A stretch of 64,000 bases of DNA from assembly GCA_040954595.2 (NCBI GenBank), contig CM082587.2, positions 5,010,206 through 5,074,205 of the forward strand, in the 5' to 3' direction. This document shows positions 27,301 to 41,527 of this stretch, one piece after another. Source of the stretch: Balanoglossus misakiensis. Taxonomy: Eukaryota > Animalia > Hemichordata. Each line of letters opens with the position of its first letter. Positions within the stretch are counted from its first letter, which is position 1. Made by a program: the position numbers and the translations under genes. The notes under the pieces were generated by a model. That model searched no databases. It saw only the letters and a program-made list of their open reading frames with translations, and was not told the DNA's origin.

Positions 27301-30300
27301 ATCGCGTTAATGGAGGCAGTTCCGGCCCACCACTGTGTGTGACTGATGACAGCAGGGAAGTGTGAGAAACTACTGTGAGGCTTCGGATCGTGTTACACTG
27401 CAATTCACACCGATGAAATATAGCATGGGGTGGTTTTTATTCCCTTCTACACTGTCACACACACAACACCCACTCAGTGTCTCTGGAACACCGGAGGGAG
27501 ACTACTAACAATGTTGTCAAATTGTTTTTTTTTACCAAATGGATACCTATCCTGTAATACACTACAGCCCATGTTAATATTGGTTTCTATAAAAAAAACA
27601 CAGGCAGTGCTGGTCCATGCAAGCAAATATAACCACAGCAATATGCGTGGTTAATTTTAACTATACCAGTAACTTGGATATACAATACAGATATAGGTTG
27701 TTGCATAAGGTCCTGGAAGGTATGGAAACTAGACAAAAATAGTAAACGGAAAGGTTCACTGGGAAAAGGTCTGCATCATAATTGACTGGCAATTATTTTT
27801 CAAATGGAATTTCTCCTTTTTCTTTTTCCACACGTCCATATTGTACTACAAGTAATGTGTATGTTCAGTATGCCTGTCCATCTGTTTGTTTGTTTATTAT
27901 TTATTGCCTTTTTGTTCATTTGCTTGTTCATCTTTGCTTACTTGATTTTATGTTAAAAGCCAAGGACCTTGTGGGGGTCACTGCACTGCATTCAGCTTAT
28001 GTGTCGAACATCACCGGAATTGTATCTTTAAAACAATCTGTTCATTTTGACCATGGATGGAGCCTCGGTCAAAGGTGTGGGTTATTATGACACATGGATC
28101 AATGAGTTAATGAATGAGTCACCAACAACAAGCTAATGCTATTACCATCTGTATATATGACAGATATTGATCGTATTGATTGCACAGTTTTAATCTTTTA
28201 TTATATTAAGTACTGTACCATATGAACTTTAGTCTGACACTGTTTGTGGTGTTAAAACTCCAGGCAAACAATAATAACTACTGATGTACGTGACATGCAA
28301 TCCTGTTATTATAAAAATCCAAGGTATCGGTAAATGAAAATACCACAGCTGAAGCCATAAAATACATGTAGGACCACAAATTAAACCTTAGTTATCAGAA
28401 TTACATCTGCCTTCACACAGCGACCTACACTGACATGAAGGCCACATACAATAGCCTGAAATCACCAGTCAACACATTTCCTCTGCCCCACTGAACTGGG
28501 CAGGGTATCAGTCAATAGGTCCTCTGAAATTTCCCTATTCAGACTTCTCAATGATGAGTCCCCCATCCAACAAAATAAATACCTTTCTTTCTTGTGCTTG
28601 GCATAGACAAACATATCACCATCAACAATATCTTTCTAATGTTTTGTTATAGTATTGTGGTAGGGTTCATCTAGAGGTTGGGGTGAGTACAATGCTCCCC
28701 AAGTTGACAATGGCTCAGGTCAATCACATCACAAGACTCTCAGAGATAAATAGGCTATTAGAAAAAAAAAAACAATGCAACATATTACCAGTCAATTCAG
28801 GTGATGAGAGAAATATTATACAAGCCTTTTTGTGTGATAAAAGTTACAAGGTCATAGGTCATACAGGTTAGAAAAAGGAGCTCACTAAATCTTGCATGAA
28901 GTTTATGGTTTCCACCACAAATGTATCAATAAAATAAAATGCCGCCCTGTGTTAGTGGATCCATCTCACTAATTAATGAGGAATTTCTCACCCTGAGAAA
29001 GAAATTCACCACGGAAAATGGATACCAGTTTGGCGAGTTTAATAAAAATTGACTGAAAAGATCGTCTTTTTAGTGACAAAACAGAAAAGATGCCAGGAGC
29101 CTAATTTTCACAGCCATAACCTGATTTTATCCCTAATTCAATTTTCAAAGCTCGTATCCTGATTTCATAATCAAAGTAAGGATCTTTGACTCATGTTTTT
29201 TTTCCCTCCACAAATAAAATAGTCATTAATTTCCTTGTTGCATCAGTAACAGCTTTCAATTAGCTTTTTCTTTATACTCGGTAGCACAGATCGCAGCATT
29301 TCACTCATTATGAAAAAATCTTCTGACTAACAAGCACGGCGCACATATCCAAATTGAATATCAGGCAACGCATTGTCCGACTGGATAACATCAATGGAGG
29401 CTTAATGCCGTCTAGAAACTCAATTAGCCGCGGAATAATGACGTAACCTTGGAAACGAAGCGATGTGCTAGCTCCAAGCTGAGTGATGTCACTTTGCCAG
29501 CGTGTGTGACGGTCACTGCCGCGGGCGTTGCCTTGCGTTGCCATGGCTCCAGGCTGAGAAAGATTGCCCACATTCTCCACAGCATCTTTCCGATGTTTTC
29601 CTTGCTGCAAGTTTATGCCACGATGATCACTGGAATGACCAACCATGACAGGCCGATGTCACTTCAGTGTAACATTTCAAATTTCTTCTTCCGGCGTATA
29701 TGCAAGTTGACATCCATACACTGTTGTGTTGATAAGTAAAACTGAATACAAACGGGGTCGTGTGTCAAGGGATCAAAAGATGTTCTTTTTCTTTAGACTG
29801 TGGGGTAAACCATAATGTATGTATGTTATTCCCCCCCCCCCACCCCAATGACCCAGGCAATTTTTGTTTTGATGAGAAAGGCACGTGCAAAAGGAGTGAC
29901 TGAAATGAAACAAATGAAATGTACATGTATGCTGGCACTCTGCTGTCAGTAATGAACAAGATGATATAATTAAAGTGCAACAATGCAAATCAAGCCTCCA
30001 TTGTCATCCCTCTGGTAAAATTCTGTTGAAAAAAATTAGCCAATAAAAGTGACTCAGAGTTTAGTCATGCTGGTTGGGGAAAGGGTTTCTCATCGAATCA
30101 TTTTTAAGTTCCACTGGCTGTAAAAATCCACAAAGATGCAAAATGACATTGTGTAGAAACACCAGTTTCTCGTTTCTCAGTGGAATGGATGGAGTGATCA
30201 ATCATGCGTAACCAAATACCTTTCCATGCATCGCGATAACAGGGAATACAAGATAGCCGGGAGTTTATCTGACAAACATCACCAAGCGGTGGTTCACTTC

Positions 30301-33300
30301 TTCCCTCTGCGAAAATTTGATAACGATCTAATCTTATGAAATCTTGGAATGCGGATGACATTTGAATTTCCCGTCTCAAGGGGGAGCGGGAAGCAATCCA
30401 ATTACATGATCAAACGAAAGGATCAGAAACAGAGACAAGGCAGGCATGTAAACAATATTACCCGTATGCTGACCTATTTGTATTCCATGTGGAAGAACTT
30501 CAACCGTGGTTCCATCAATCAACTTGAACCACAGCTAGTAACATAACTGTTGGTTATAGTGACCTACTTTTGCTGTATAAAGTGACAGTGAAAAAAGCCT
30601 CTTTGATCGATTTCTCCCGAGAAACAGGAACCTGAATCTGCATCATCAAGAGCTGTGCCTTCAATTTCAAATTTGGATTGGGAGAGAACTGCAGATGAAA
30701 TATTCCCTTGACTGGACATGAAACAACCATGTTCACTTCCTAAAATCATATCCATTTTGCAAAGAATCACCAGCAACAGCTGAATACATCAAAACCCTGA
30801 AACGATTTAAGAGTGTCAACTAGTGCCATAAATAGTTTGGTGAAATGCGGAGAATGCAACTGTCGCATTCTAGCACCTCTTGCATCGGCACACGACAGGA
30901 CATCGCCACTATTTTTAGAAATCTGCAACAGATGAAAAATTGCATGGCGATATTTTCATGTTGCCAATATCAACTTTTAAAGAGTCAAACTGAACCAGGA
31001 ATGGTTGGGTCACAGTGTACATGTACAAATATTGTCACACACGTTGGTGAGTTATTACGCTTCAAAAATTTGCTGGCCACGTAACGTGTACATGCCTACA
31101 TGTGTATTTCCATCTATGATGAAACACAAAACCAAAATAATCACAATACATGCATGTGTTCTTTTCAGGACAACCGAGATTTGACGCTTTGTAGAATAAT
31201 GACTGAGCCTCATGATTTAATGAAGGAACAGGAAGAACTCAAAAATCAAGCAACAAAGAAAAATCCAGACAGCACAGAATAGTGCATTTATCAAACATCC
31301 CAACGTCTACTAATAGAGCGGGCATGACAAAAGTTCACAGCTTCTGGTTGGCAGCTCCATCATGATCGGCCCCTTCCGGAGGCGGGAAGGCAAATAACAA
31401 AAGAACGGAATCAGGGAAAGTCGGTGAATGCCGATAATGCACGGCCGAACAATTATATCCTGACGACGAGGTCAGCCAAAAGGGGTGTTCATCGTGAACG
31501 CTATCAAGAAAATTAAACTAGGTTTGCTTCCTGACTCTGAAAGATTTTATTCCTGGATAAATTTTATGTTCAATGGGAGAAAATTTGTCTTTCTATATTT
31601 TTTCATCACTTCAAATATGGGGAAACCAACAGATCTATTTTTGTAAGTAATTAGTGGAAAACTGACAGACAAAGAGAAAAATACGCCTGATGCCATTATA
31701 TTCCGTCTTTCATAAATTTATAATCTGCCTTCAAAGCTAGGCAATTTCTGAACAGATATGAAATTGATATTTGCTGTGGGCCATCTGTTTTCTGGTATGG
31801 AGATAATCAACGAAATTGTTTTATTCATATGTAAAAGCCAGCATGATTGTGAGGAGTTTTGCTCTCTGTTGACATGAAAAATGCATTTGCACTCATGTGG
31901 AGTCAGAGTCTGGAAACAAAAATAGCCTCCGTTTTAGTGTACCTGTCAGTGGGACGCTGAGAGTCAGCTGAGGTCGCGACATCATCATTTGTACGAAAAT
32001 TCTCATCCACAATTCATCAGAACCAGAGGAAATGTTCCTCATCACTTTTAAAACAGACTCTGTGGGCACCGTTGCAACCAACAAAGAGTTTATTGTCCTG
32101 ATTATCAAATCAATATCATACAGACTTTTCTCAGAGTGTGGACCACTATTACACTTCCATATTGCATGATCAGCAAACATCAAGAAAGGCGTGAGACGGT
32201 TGCTAGGAGCAACAACACCACTGCTACATGTACCACCAGCTGAGGGATAATGAGCAAATATGAGAGCATAGATTATGGTTTGTCCAACACTGCCCTTACA
32301 ACACAGTAGAACGAAATCTGAATATTCACACCATTTGTAGTGTAAAATCATGTGAACATGTCAACCCCTCATAACCCACTATTTCCCAGCAAATGGATCC
32401 AACCATGCCACTGTAACCAACGAGTTGGAACCAAAAGGTGCCAAAGAAAGGGGTGACTGCAGAGAAGACAAACTACAATTCAATAGAAGGAATTACACAG
32501 GGTTCACGATGGAATGTGTTCTGTACTTCATCAATGCAATGTGCGTCAGTCGTTCATGATTCAAAACTATTTGACCCGATTTTCAAGGGGGCACGAGTTT
32601 ACATGAAATGCTCCATTCACAGTTTATGTCCGTTTCTCACATAATGTTCTCACACTGCCCATTCTTGTCGTCACTGTTGCGTGTAGTATTTTAATACACT
32701 GGGATATAAATCATTGTATTTTCAGGAAGAGATCTTTGGTTTCTGTGAAAATTTGAAACACGGAAAAGTTCAGTAAGTTGAAGGCTCCATTGTATGTTGG
32801 CAGCCCTCCGCTTTGAAATCTACAATGTTTCAATTTCCAGAAAGTCATGTGAGAGGGTCTCTTTCTTGTGGCTTGTTTCGAACAGGAGTCGTACCTCCTT
32901 TTCTGGATCAAATTTTACTGCAGTTACACCCCATCCCGCGAGCCTCATCTCAGGCAGGTTATGTGGGGCACCCATGCTGAGATAAAGCTACCACCCTTCG
33001 GCTAGGGTTTTGAAAAGACTGTACACCAGTTCTCCCCAAGCATTTCTTGGGTCAAGAAAGTCCCAGACAGGGGTTAAAAGCTATACATGTATTATTCATC
33101 TCTGTAAACTAATGCTGCACAGTATGGGTCGGTTTCAATACCCACCATATGGAACTTCTATTATCACAAAACAATAAACCTATGTGCATCATGATTCATT
33201 CACTGTGGCTAACACATATCACACATTGTCAACCCTTCTTTCACATATTGAAATAAATGTAATCAATTTTAATTCAACCCCATATTGAAACAAACGTTAC

Positions 33301-36052
33301 CAATCATTATTTCTAAATTCAAGTCTGATGGAAACATTTCCAGAGTCTCTAAGAACCAGGGAAATATATTATATTCAAATAAAATAGAAAAACAGCCTCT
33401 GTTTAAAAATAAACAATTTAACAATGGATATTATTGGACACATTAGCTGTGATGTGACTAGTGTATTGTCTGGTGTAATTGTATGGCTTGAAAAGGAAAT
33501 GCAGTAATTACAGTCGATTTTTAAATGGTAATCAAAACCAAAAGTTGATTTGATTACAAATTACGGTTCATGCTTTCGTGTTTGTAATAAGCAATGAGTC
33601 AGGGATATTACGTTAACGTTCTGAAGATACAAATATTTGAAAAACTGTCCACAATAATTTCACAAGCCATCCCACTTGGTAATAAATATTACCAGCATAA
33701 TTTAAACTGGTGCTAGTCATGTCATTAAACAATAGATCATTTATGGTATCCCTAGCTATGAATAAATATGTAATAATTTGCATAATTATAAAAGCCCTGT
33801 CTTCTGCCTAGACATGGCAGGTAGCAACGATATGGATATTAAAAATTAATCACTGTCTACAATAGCACTGTTCAGACTAATTGAACCTGGATGAAATGAC
33901 GCTCATGTAATTTCGTAGTTTGCTGATAAATGGCCCCCCAAAATTGAAAACACGTGCTCTTGGGGAGAAATTACTGCGTGTGTTCTGTTGGCATAAAAAC
34001 GAATCATATTGAGACCCAAATAACGCTACTATATTGGCACTGTCGTCAGTGTGGGTACAACCAAGCAATATGAAACTATACCACTGTAAGCCCCACCAAT
34101 ACTTGGACATTCTGTTGATATAACTTGCAGTAAAATTATACATAGCTGTCTACTTGTGAATATTTATTTACCACGCAAACTGGATACCATTACACAATTT
34201 ACAGACAAGCCTGTAGGTCATCAAACTGCGATGCCACCTCCAACTGGAGAAATTCTGCACCAGACACCATTCTGGTATTTCGGACTTTTCACAATTACCG
34301 TACTTCGGAGGTGTGTGTTTGTTAGTGCATACTTGATGCAAATTTGATACAAGGGTCCCTTTAGCCGAGCGCACTAATTGGCTTCGAAAGCATGGGCCAC
34401 GCTTTCACAATGTGTAAAAGAAAACCCCTCTTTTTTAGGTATGGTAGTTTTGTTACTGCTGAGCGAGTTTCAATGCGAACGCCTAAGCCACGCAGCATGA
34501 ATGAGGACACACAGTCGGACCCGCGATGCATTCACGCAAGACACCCCTTTGTGAGTTTGATTGGCAAAACTAATCAACGCTGCGAGCCACAGCACCCTGA
34601 AACAAAAACCCCATTTTCGCCCAGTTACTTCATTAGCCAGTTGCACTTGTTTTCAAGAGAACAACTGACCCTTCAGCGATTGAATCTTTCCAGAGGACGA
34701 ACATTCCTCATCTAATTTCTGTCATCTGTCCAAAATACTACGCTTGTAATTTGATACGCGTAGACGCTGTATCATGCGCTGTGTTAGCTGAGATCCACTA
34801 GTTTTCCCGTAAACATGTCCATTCCTTTTCCCTTCATGGCTAGATGTCCACCCTTGGCATATTTTCTGATTCTGCATTCTGGACCAATCCAAAGAACAAA
34901 TCTTGGAGATACCTTCAGAATTAACACACTTCTGAGGATATCTTCCCGTTCAGTTGACCATGAAAAGACCTAGTTATCACACACATACCATTTTGCTTGG
35001 GTTGTCCCACAGAAAGTGCTTGGGTATAAGTTATAACTAGTCCAATTACCAAGTTGTTCCACTGAATGTGAATGTTTGACTGGGCAACCCTGACCTGATC
35101 TCTGAAGTTCACATATTTAAAGGGAATTTTTCAGAGTAACCCAATAGTATACTGAGCTGTAGCCTGTATAAAGCACAGTATAAACACAGCCAAAACAGGA
35201 AACAATATAAAATGTATTACTACTACACTTATTATTATTTCACACAAACATAGCATTCTTAACAGTTTGTTTGCATGCCTTACTATTGTATATTTAATAT
35301 TACAATAATTCCAAAAATGCCAGTGTATAGCTAACAAAGATAACCACAATTGGGATTTACGTTATAAGCATTTCTCAAGTTCTTAAATTATGAAAATATA
35401 TGGCAAAGCATAGGACAGGATAGCTGCTTTCAGTAGCTCGAGGTTTTGTCTTGGTTTGTGTGTTAGACAGCAACACACAAACCAATGCAAACCTCCAGCT
35501 ACTGAACTGCAGCTAAGGACAGGAAAGTGATCAAGAAATGGACATACCCGAATCCGTCGCATAGCAGCCACGATTTCAACTCTGCTGCTGGGTCTGGGCA
35601 CATCCAACGTTCCAATATACTGCAAATGAATGCAACTCGATATAAAACAACCCTTTCGGTAGTAGGTCTCCGGTGCAACGTAGAAATGTACTTAAAACCG
35701 CAAAGGGTCTTCCTTTCAAACAACCGGGTGACCTCACAACGTTGCAACAGAACAATGTACTACGACTGTATGTGAACTGTTACACACTAACACAGTTTTG
35801 TCAATATTTTGGCGATAAATATGGGACCAGTCTAGCGTCATTATTGCCAGTGCGGAAGAGTAGAAATCCTATCACAATTCAGTGTTATTACAGGCGTGTA
35901 AACGTTAATCGCCAACGGAACATGATCGTAAAGTTTTAACTAACCTTAGCCTGAAAGTTCACCCCATGTTGGAAGGCCTCCTCGTTGTGCAGTGGTATAC
36001 GGGAGTCGTATGTGTCCTCAACCAGGTTGTATCTGTTCTTCTTCGACGGCAT
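12378..36052 (-). CDS. NOS1AP: NOS1AP/CAPON (DYC-1-like) PTB-domain adaptor (~679 aa)
   Basis: Exons 36052-35945, 35619-35548, 16455-16363, 16135-16077, 15922-15814, 15554-15401, 14346-14171, 14054-13839, 13430-12378; 2040 nt in frame. [100 protein letters not shown] and [30 protein letters not shown] are diagnostic of CAPON. Confidence 0.96.
13677..13704 (+). repeat. (CA)n microsatellite in a NOS1AP intron
   Basis: Near-perfect CA dinucleotide run visible in the sequence. Confidence 0.85.
15709..15761 (-). repeat. tRNA-derived (SINE-head-like) fragment in a NOS1AP intron
   Basis: Minus strand reads GAGGCATCATAGTCCAGTGGTTAGAGCATAGGACTCATGATT, an A-box/D-arm-like sequence. No B-box or T-arm, so it is not a functional tRNA. 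Confidence 0.4.
19033..19488. mobile_element. Non-autonomous DNA transposon (MITE-like, AcademH-type termini)
   Basis: Perfect 154-bp TIRs (19033-19186 and 19335-19488) starting TAGTCTCGGTTACCCAGAC, a 148-bp spacer, and a 9-bp TSD CAGGTTTCT (19024-19032, 19489-19497). Confidence 0.92.
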
Positions 36053-36379
36053 TTCGCGACCGGCTGCTTTCAAAACCGTACTTTTGCCCGTGGATGTCAT
36101 GAACCGGTGGTCGGAGAAGTGGCGACCCCTATTGTTTTACAAATTTAAGGTCAACAGTAGGGTTTCGTCTGCAAGTTTCCGTACCGTTCGAAACCACCAC
36201 ACAACTGCATGCAACAAGCGCGTAAGCTACGTAACGAAAACTGGGGGACGGGCGAACAGCTCACACAAACTTTCCAAACTTACAAGTCAAACTTGTAAGT
36301 TACTTCGCAAAAACACGGCCCGATACGTCTGCAGGGTTTCAGACTATGTATAATCCTTCCTGACGGTAACGATCGCCGA

Positions 36380-36665
36380 TACGAGTGGCGTGTAAATCCG
36401 GTACGAAATCCACCAAGTTCTTTGAATATTTCAACATGATAACTTCCGCCCGCCTTGGTGTCAGATCACGTGACATTTGATATTTGCTGTTCATTTGCAT
36501 AATATTTGAATACGTTTACAGTCACGAGGAAATATTTAACAAACTACTGTGTTTCCGGTTGCGGCTAAACTTGCAGTGTTTGCACATTTTACAGTGCTCT
36601 GGCGTAGTTTTCACGACGATCGCAATGTCGCGTGTTGTTGAGGTTATTGCGTAGCCAAAGGTAAG
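36380..36665. promoter_or_regulatory. Probable bidirectional promoter shared by NOS1AP and FBXL6
   Basis: CpG-rich interval between divergent genes, with ACTTCCG and TTCCGG (ETS-like), TCACGTGA (E-box, ~36466), ATTTGCAT (octamer, ~36493), and a + strand AAG|GTAAG donor at 36660/36661 that fits a non-coding first exon of FBXL6. Confidence 0.55.
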
Positions 36666-37239
36666 ATTTGTGGGCAGACGCGATCTTGCTTGCATTGAAA
36701 CAGATCTTCAAAACAATGCCCATGTGCCTGGCTGGATGTACAAACTGTAGTACTGAGGGCGCTCCATATACCACCAATGGTAAAACAGTGTGTAGTGTAC
36801 ATTGACTTTAAGTCAAGGTTTTGTTTTAAATGCAGCTAAAATCAGATCATCGATGTATTCAAGTATATCCATGATCAGATTTATTTACCACAACGATTGT
36901 GCACTGATGCGATGATGCTGTACTGTTAATGGTTTTCAGCTCTCCATCAGTTGTCAGAGTGACTGGATATTCAGTCTTGACACTATTACTGCTGCAAATG
37001 TTGAAAATATAATTCCAAAGACTCTTCACACACTGCTGAGGAAGCAATATTTTATGCTGACTCTGACATTAAGTTAGCAAGATGTTTTTTCCATAACGCC
37101 ATCACACTCACAATCAATGTTCAACCTTCTGACTGGCTGCAGGACCTCTACCTGGAGCTGTAGATATCAATACGATAACCAGCATTGCATCAACACAAAC
37201 TCTGGGGCTAGAAGTCAACATTAACCCCTGAAAAGAAAT

Positions 37240-40200
37240 ATGCCGAAACAGAAGGGGATACTTGGAGTGCCGAAGTCTCACACGCTTTTCTCCATTGGAG
37301 GAGAAAACTGGCCTTCAGATGATGACAGTGACTCAGACTATGAAGTAACCAATAACGACACTGCAGAGGTTAAGTCTAGGTAATGTTTGTACTGCTACTC
37401 TGTTATTCAAAATGTTAACATCAATACTTGAGCACAACGGATGTTCAGTGAGTATGGAATTTAAAAACATATTCGTCAGAAAGTAAAGATTTCAGATTCA
37501 CATATCAAATATTTCTTCTGAAATGTGCAATAACTTTCTCTTCACCTGGCTGTGTTTTGTTAACTTCAGCACCTCCCGAAACAAACAGGGAAAGGCCACC
37601 GTTAAAAGGAAAAGAAAAGAAAATGGGAAAGGCAAAGGAGAATCAAAAACCAAGCGACGGAAAATACCAGAAAATGGAGAGAAAAGGGAAAGAAAGGACA
37701 AAGACACTGTGGAGTCTTTGGAATTTACAAAAACTGCTAATTCAGGGAAATGTATCCAAGACATACCCCCTGAAATCATTGTGCACATTTTGAAATATGT
37801 GGTGGAAGAGCAAGGTGCAGTGCCTATACTCTGCAGGTATAGTTCAATTTTTTTCATCACTCAGTATGCTGTTACTAGTGTTAGCCTTGGAAGTACAAGA
37901 TGAATCAACAATATTCTGTTTGTAGAAACTTGACATCAATGTTGATTGATAATGAGAGCCCTGAACCTCAACACTATCGCTGTCTAGAGTCAGTGGATTG
38001 TTTGTAAATGTGTCAGTTATACTGTATCACAATGTCTGGTTTCTTTGTTAAAATGTCAGTCTCAAAATATATCCGAGTTCTTCTGATTTTTAAAACCCAT
38101 GAACAGGCTTGGTAAGATGTGCCATGGCTGGCGTATAGCATGCAGTCACCCTTCGCTTTGGAAGGTAGCAGATCTCTCGTACGGATGGATAGCCAACAAG
38201 CCAGACACCTTGAGGTGGCTTTCGACACATCGGTTTTCACAAGTACAAGAGGTGAACCTGAGTTCATGGGCCAAGCTTGCCAATAGCACCGTAGAGGTTT
38301 GTATAATATATAAAGCTGTAATGTTTAGAGTCGGTGGTCATTTATTTACACGTCTGTTTCATGTTTAGACGCCTGGATGAAACCTTGACAAGAACTAAAC
38401 TAATTCATGTCGCACTTGTTTGCAAGTTGTTTATGGATCGGTGACATTCACACCAATGGCAGTACCGTGATTAGGCTAACAGTTGTTTCATCCTTGTATA
38501 TTTCAGGTGCTGGCCGAGAACTGCCCGACTCTGGAGACCATCAGTCTGTTTCGGTGCATAAAACTAACTTCAGATGCAGTCAAGGCATTGGTGGACAAGT
38601 GTCCCAAACTCTCAAGTCTGGATCTGTCGTATACCATGGTAGGTGTTGGAGATCTGTTGTTGCATACTGTGGTGGGTTGTCTATAGGTGTCACATTCCAT
38701 GGTTTGTTATCAATATCTCTTCCTGTATCAAGCCAGGTTGTCTTAATCCGCTGGAAATTTATTTCCTTCAACAGAACGACATGGTATCGACAGGCACACT
38801 GAAATACATAGCAGAGAAATGTGGAGGTCGTCTGAAACATTTGAATATCTCAGGGAATGTTATATCAGGGTTTTTGATCTCTCTCAAGCATCTCATGGTA
38901 AGTGCACTGTTTGTTGAACAAGTGCAGTTTTATTTTTAATTAAAAACGCGAGTGCTATTCTCAGTCTTGTTAGAATTGTCCAAAAGTTAAATAGTTACAA
39001 TGATCATCATGATAACGCCATTGTTCACTGTTGTATGTCTTCTGTCTGGTGTTAGGACAACTGCCCGAATCTCAGGGGACTGGACTTTTCCGGATGCAAA
39101 TTCACTACGGATTCCGTGAGATTTAACATTGAAGACTGCCAGGAGGCGTGGCCGCATTTACAGATCCTGAGAATGGCCTGCTGTAAAGTGTATGCCACGG
39201 ACGTGACGGCACAGAGGAGGGTAAGTCTGTTGTAAACTTTGTGGCTTCAAGGTTTGAGTTCTTGCATATGGAAGCCAATCTTCCAGTTCTGTGCGTTCTC
39301 TAAGCTCTTAGAACCACTGAGAATTTGGGAGAAATTTCTTGAGCAAGACCTCAATCGCAGTGAAGAAATCTTCATGAGGTAGGGTGTGCAATATTGCCTG
39401 TTGCTGTTAGAGGGCGCACTACAGACTTGAGGTGCTGAAGGTTAAATGAATGTATGTCATGCAACTCAGGTGTAATTCAGTTGTATACTGTGATGTGTTG
39501 TGTTGACCAGTGTCCATTCTTTCCCACTAGCATGGGTCGCCCGGTTTTCCGGAACTCCGGGAATTCAGCGCAGCCGCAGAACCTCATGAAATCCGCAGTC
39601 TCTTTGTCTCTGGGGCCGGAATCACCAACGAATTCTTGCAGAGAGTGCTGAAGACATCGTGCGAACTGAAACTTCTAGATATCCGAAACTGCGCCAGGCT
39701 GGAGCCAGCATTACTGCTGCCAGAGGTGACACATTTCAAACTTTGGAAAAGACAAAAGTAATGTGTGTCTTTTCAGGAATGAGTGTCCAATAAAAGTTCT
39801 CCTGCTTCCTCCAATCTCCAACATTTAAAAATTAAATGCCTGCTCTCAACAAATCTATCTCAAAGTGCATTGCACTTTCCCGTTACTTGTAAAACCTTTC
39901 CACCTCCACTGCAAGAATTAACCACATCATTGCTTATCTGTTTACTTTTCAAAGGATATCCCTGCAACTGGACTGGAACACCTGTACATATCCCAGTGTT
40001 CCATTGCCAAGACCAGTTTCCTTGGGAAGATGATGGAGAGGGTAAGTAACCATGGCGACTGTCTCTGTAGACTAGCTGGACTGATGAGTGTATTTGATAA
40101 TTGATTGACAAAAGTATCCCTTTGTGAATAATTTTGTTTCAATTTGATCACTGACTTAATACAATACCAGAAGTGCCAAAGCGACGGATGTTTTATGTTT

Positions 40201-40683
40201 TACATGACAGTGGCGCCATAGTCTGCTGGATTTAGACATGGCGTGGAACACATACCCAAGTGTGGAAGACCTAGAGGCTGCCATGAAAGAACTGTCCGCA
40301 TCTCCAAACCAGTCGCAACTGAAGACACTGAACCTGAGCGGAACTGCTGTAGACCTCCATGCAGTATTGTGAGTGTCACTGTCATGTGATTTTCGTCATC
40401 TGTCATGTGATGTGCTCAACTTTTCATGCCAAGATGCATTAAACTTAAAGATACTCTAGCTATAACTTTTGGCTTTTTTTTCCTCCAGATTTCTAGTTTG
40501 TAAATCATTATGTCTATTTGACGTTCCTTTTATCTGTGCCATTTCAGTTCCCTGCTGAAAGGGTGCCCCAAACTGAAACGTCTCAACCTGGCATCATGCA
40601 GAGGTCTTCCGCGGGGAATAAAGCGTCTGCATGAAGGCAAGAGTCTGCAACAGCTCAGGAAAGACTACATTAAGAAGTCATAA
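37240..40683 (+). CDS. FBXL6: F-box/LRR-repeat protein 6-like (~530 aa)
   Basis: Exons 37240-37379, 37570-37836, 38107-38296, 38507-38638, 38775-38897, 39056-39220, 39531-39725, 39955-40041, 40211-40368, 40548-40683; 1593 nt in frame. F-box IPPEIIVHILKYVVEEQGAVPILCRLGKMCHGWRIACSHPSLW, cysteine-containing LRRs, and C-terminal LNLASCRGLPRGIKR as in FBXL6. Confidence 0.9.
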
Positions 40684-41384
40684 CGTGCTCCAAATTGGGG
40701 TGTTTATATAACTGCTTGAAATGTTATACCATTTCATTTGTTCTTTGCATTTTTCATAGCTATTTTAACATAATAGTACATGTATTTAAGTAACTGTCAC
40801 TTCAAAAAAACATGAAGTTCATTTACTATTTCACACATTTTCCTTTGAAATACATTTTTGTAGACTTTTGGCATTATCCTGTAGAGTTTTAAGGTTTTAT
40901 ATACTGTAGAGTGAAAATCAATATGTACATCATCAAGTCATTACGATTTAATAAATATAACCATTTTTTATCCAACATGTGGATGTATTTTGCCTTTATC
41001 ACACACACACACAGAACTACAATGCTGTATCACCATGTGTGACGAGAACCCTAAGACAACCAACCATACATCAGATAAAATTCTAGCTCCATGCTTGACA
41101 TAACACTGCCCATGAAGAAAGAAAGAAAACATGCTCTCCTACTGGGAAAAAGTGGGAACATTATTTGTTATTTTCATTACATGCGTCCTTTTAATGATAC
41201 GGACGTTTACAATGATAAGTTTTCATGTACAATCCGGTAATCGATTGCTGATAATGTAGGACATCCGAAACACAGGGTCACTGCGACCCGTGCGTGTATA
41301 AATATGCAAATTTCAAGTCTCATTTGATTGGTGAAAGTTAATCAGATGACCTCCCGGACAACGGTAACTATGGAGTTGACCCCG

Positions 41385-41402
41385 CCCGGCGTCTTAGCAA
41401 CA
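41385..41402. promoter_or_regulatory. RFX X-box-like motif upstream of CFAP77
   Basis: GGCGTCTTAGCAAC lies ~130 bp upstream of the ATG of a motile-cilia gene; RFX regulation of ciliary genes is established. Confidence 0.45.
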
Positions 41403-41527
41403 ACACAAACCGGACCGCCACGCTCGGATCAATGCAGTTTGTTCGATTGTACATGTAAATACAAGGGTTGTCTGACTGGAAAGTCGTCGTCGTTTGACTT
41501 GTGCTAAATTTCGGAACAAGTTAAGTA

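Noticed and set aside
17786-35349. Many 60-150 aa ORFs inside NOS1AP intron 2 as a possible nested gene
   Set aside because: No domain motifs, no coding-like composition and no consistent splice chain.
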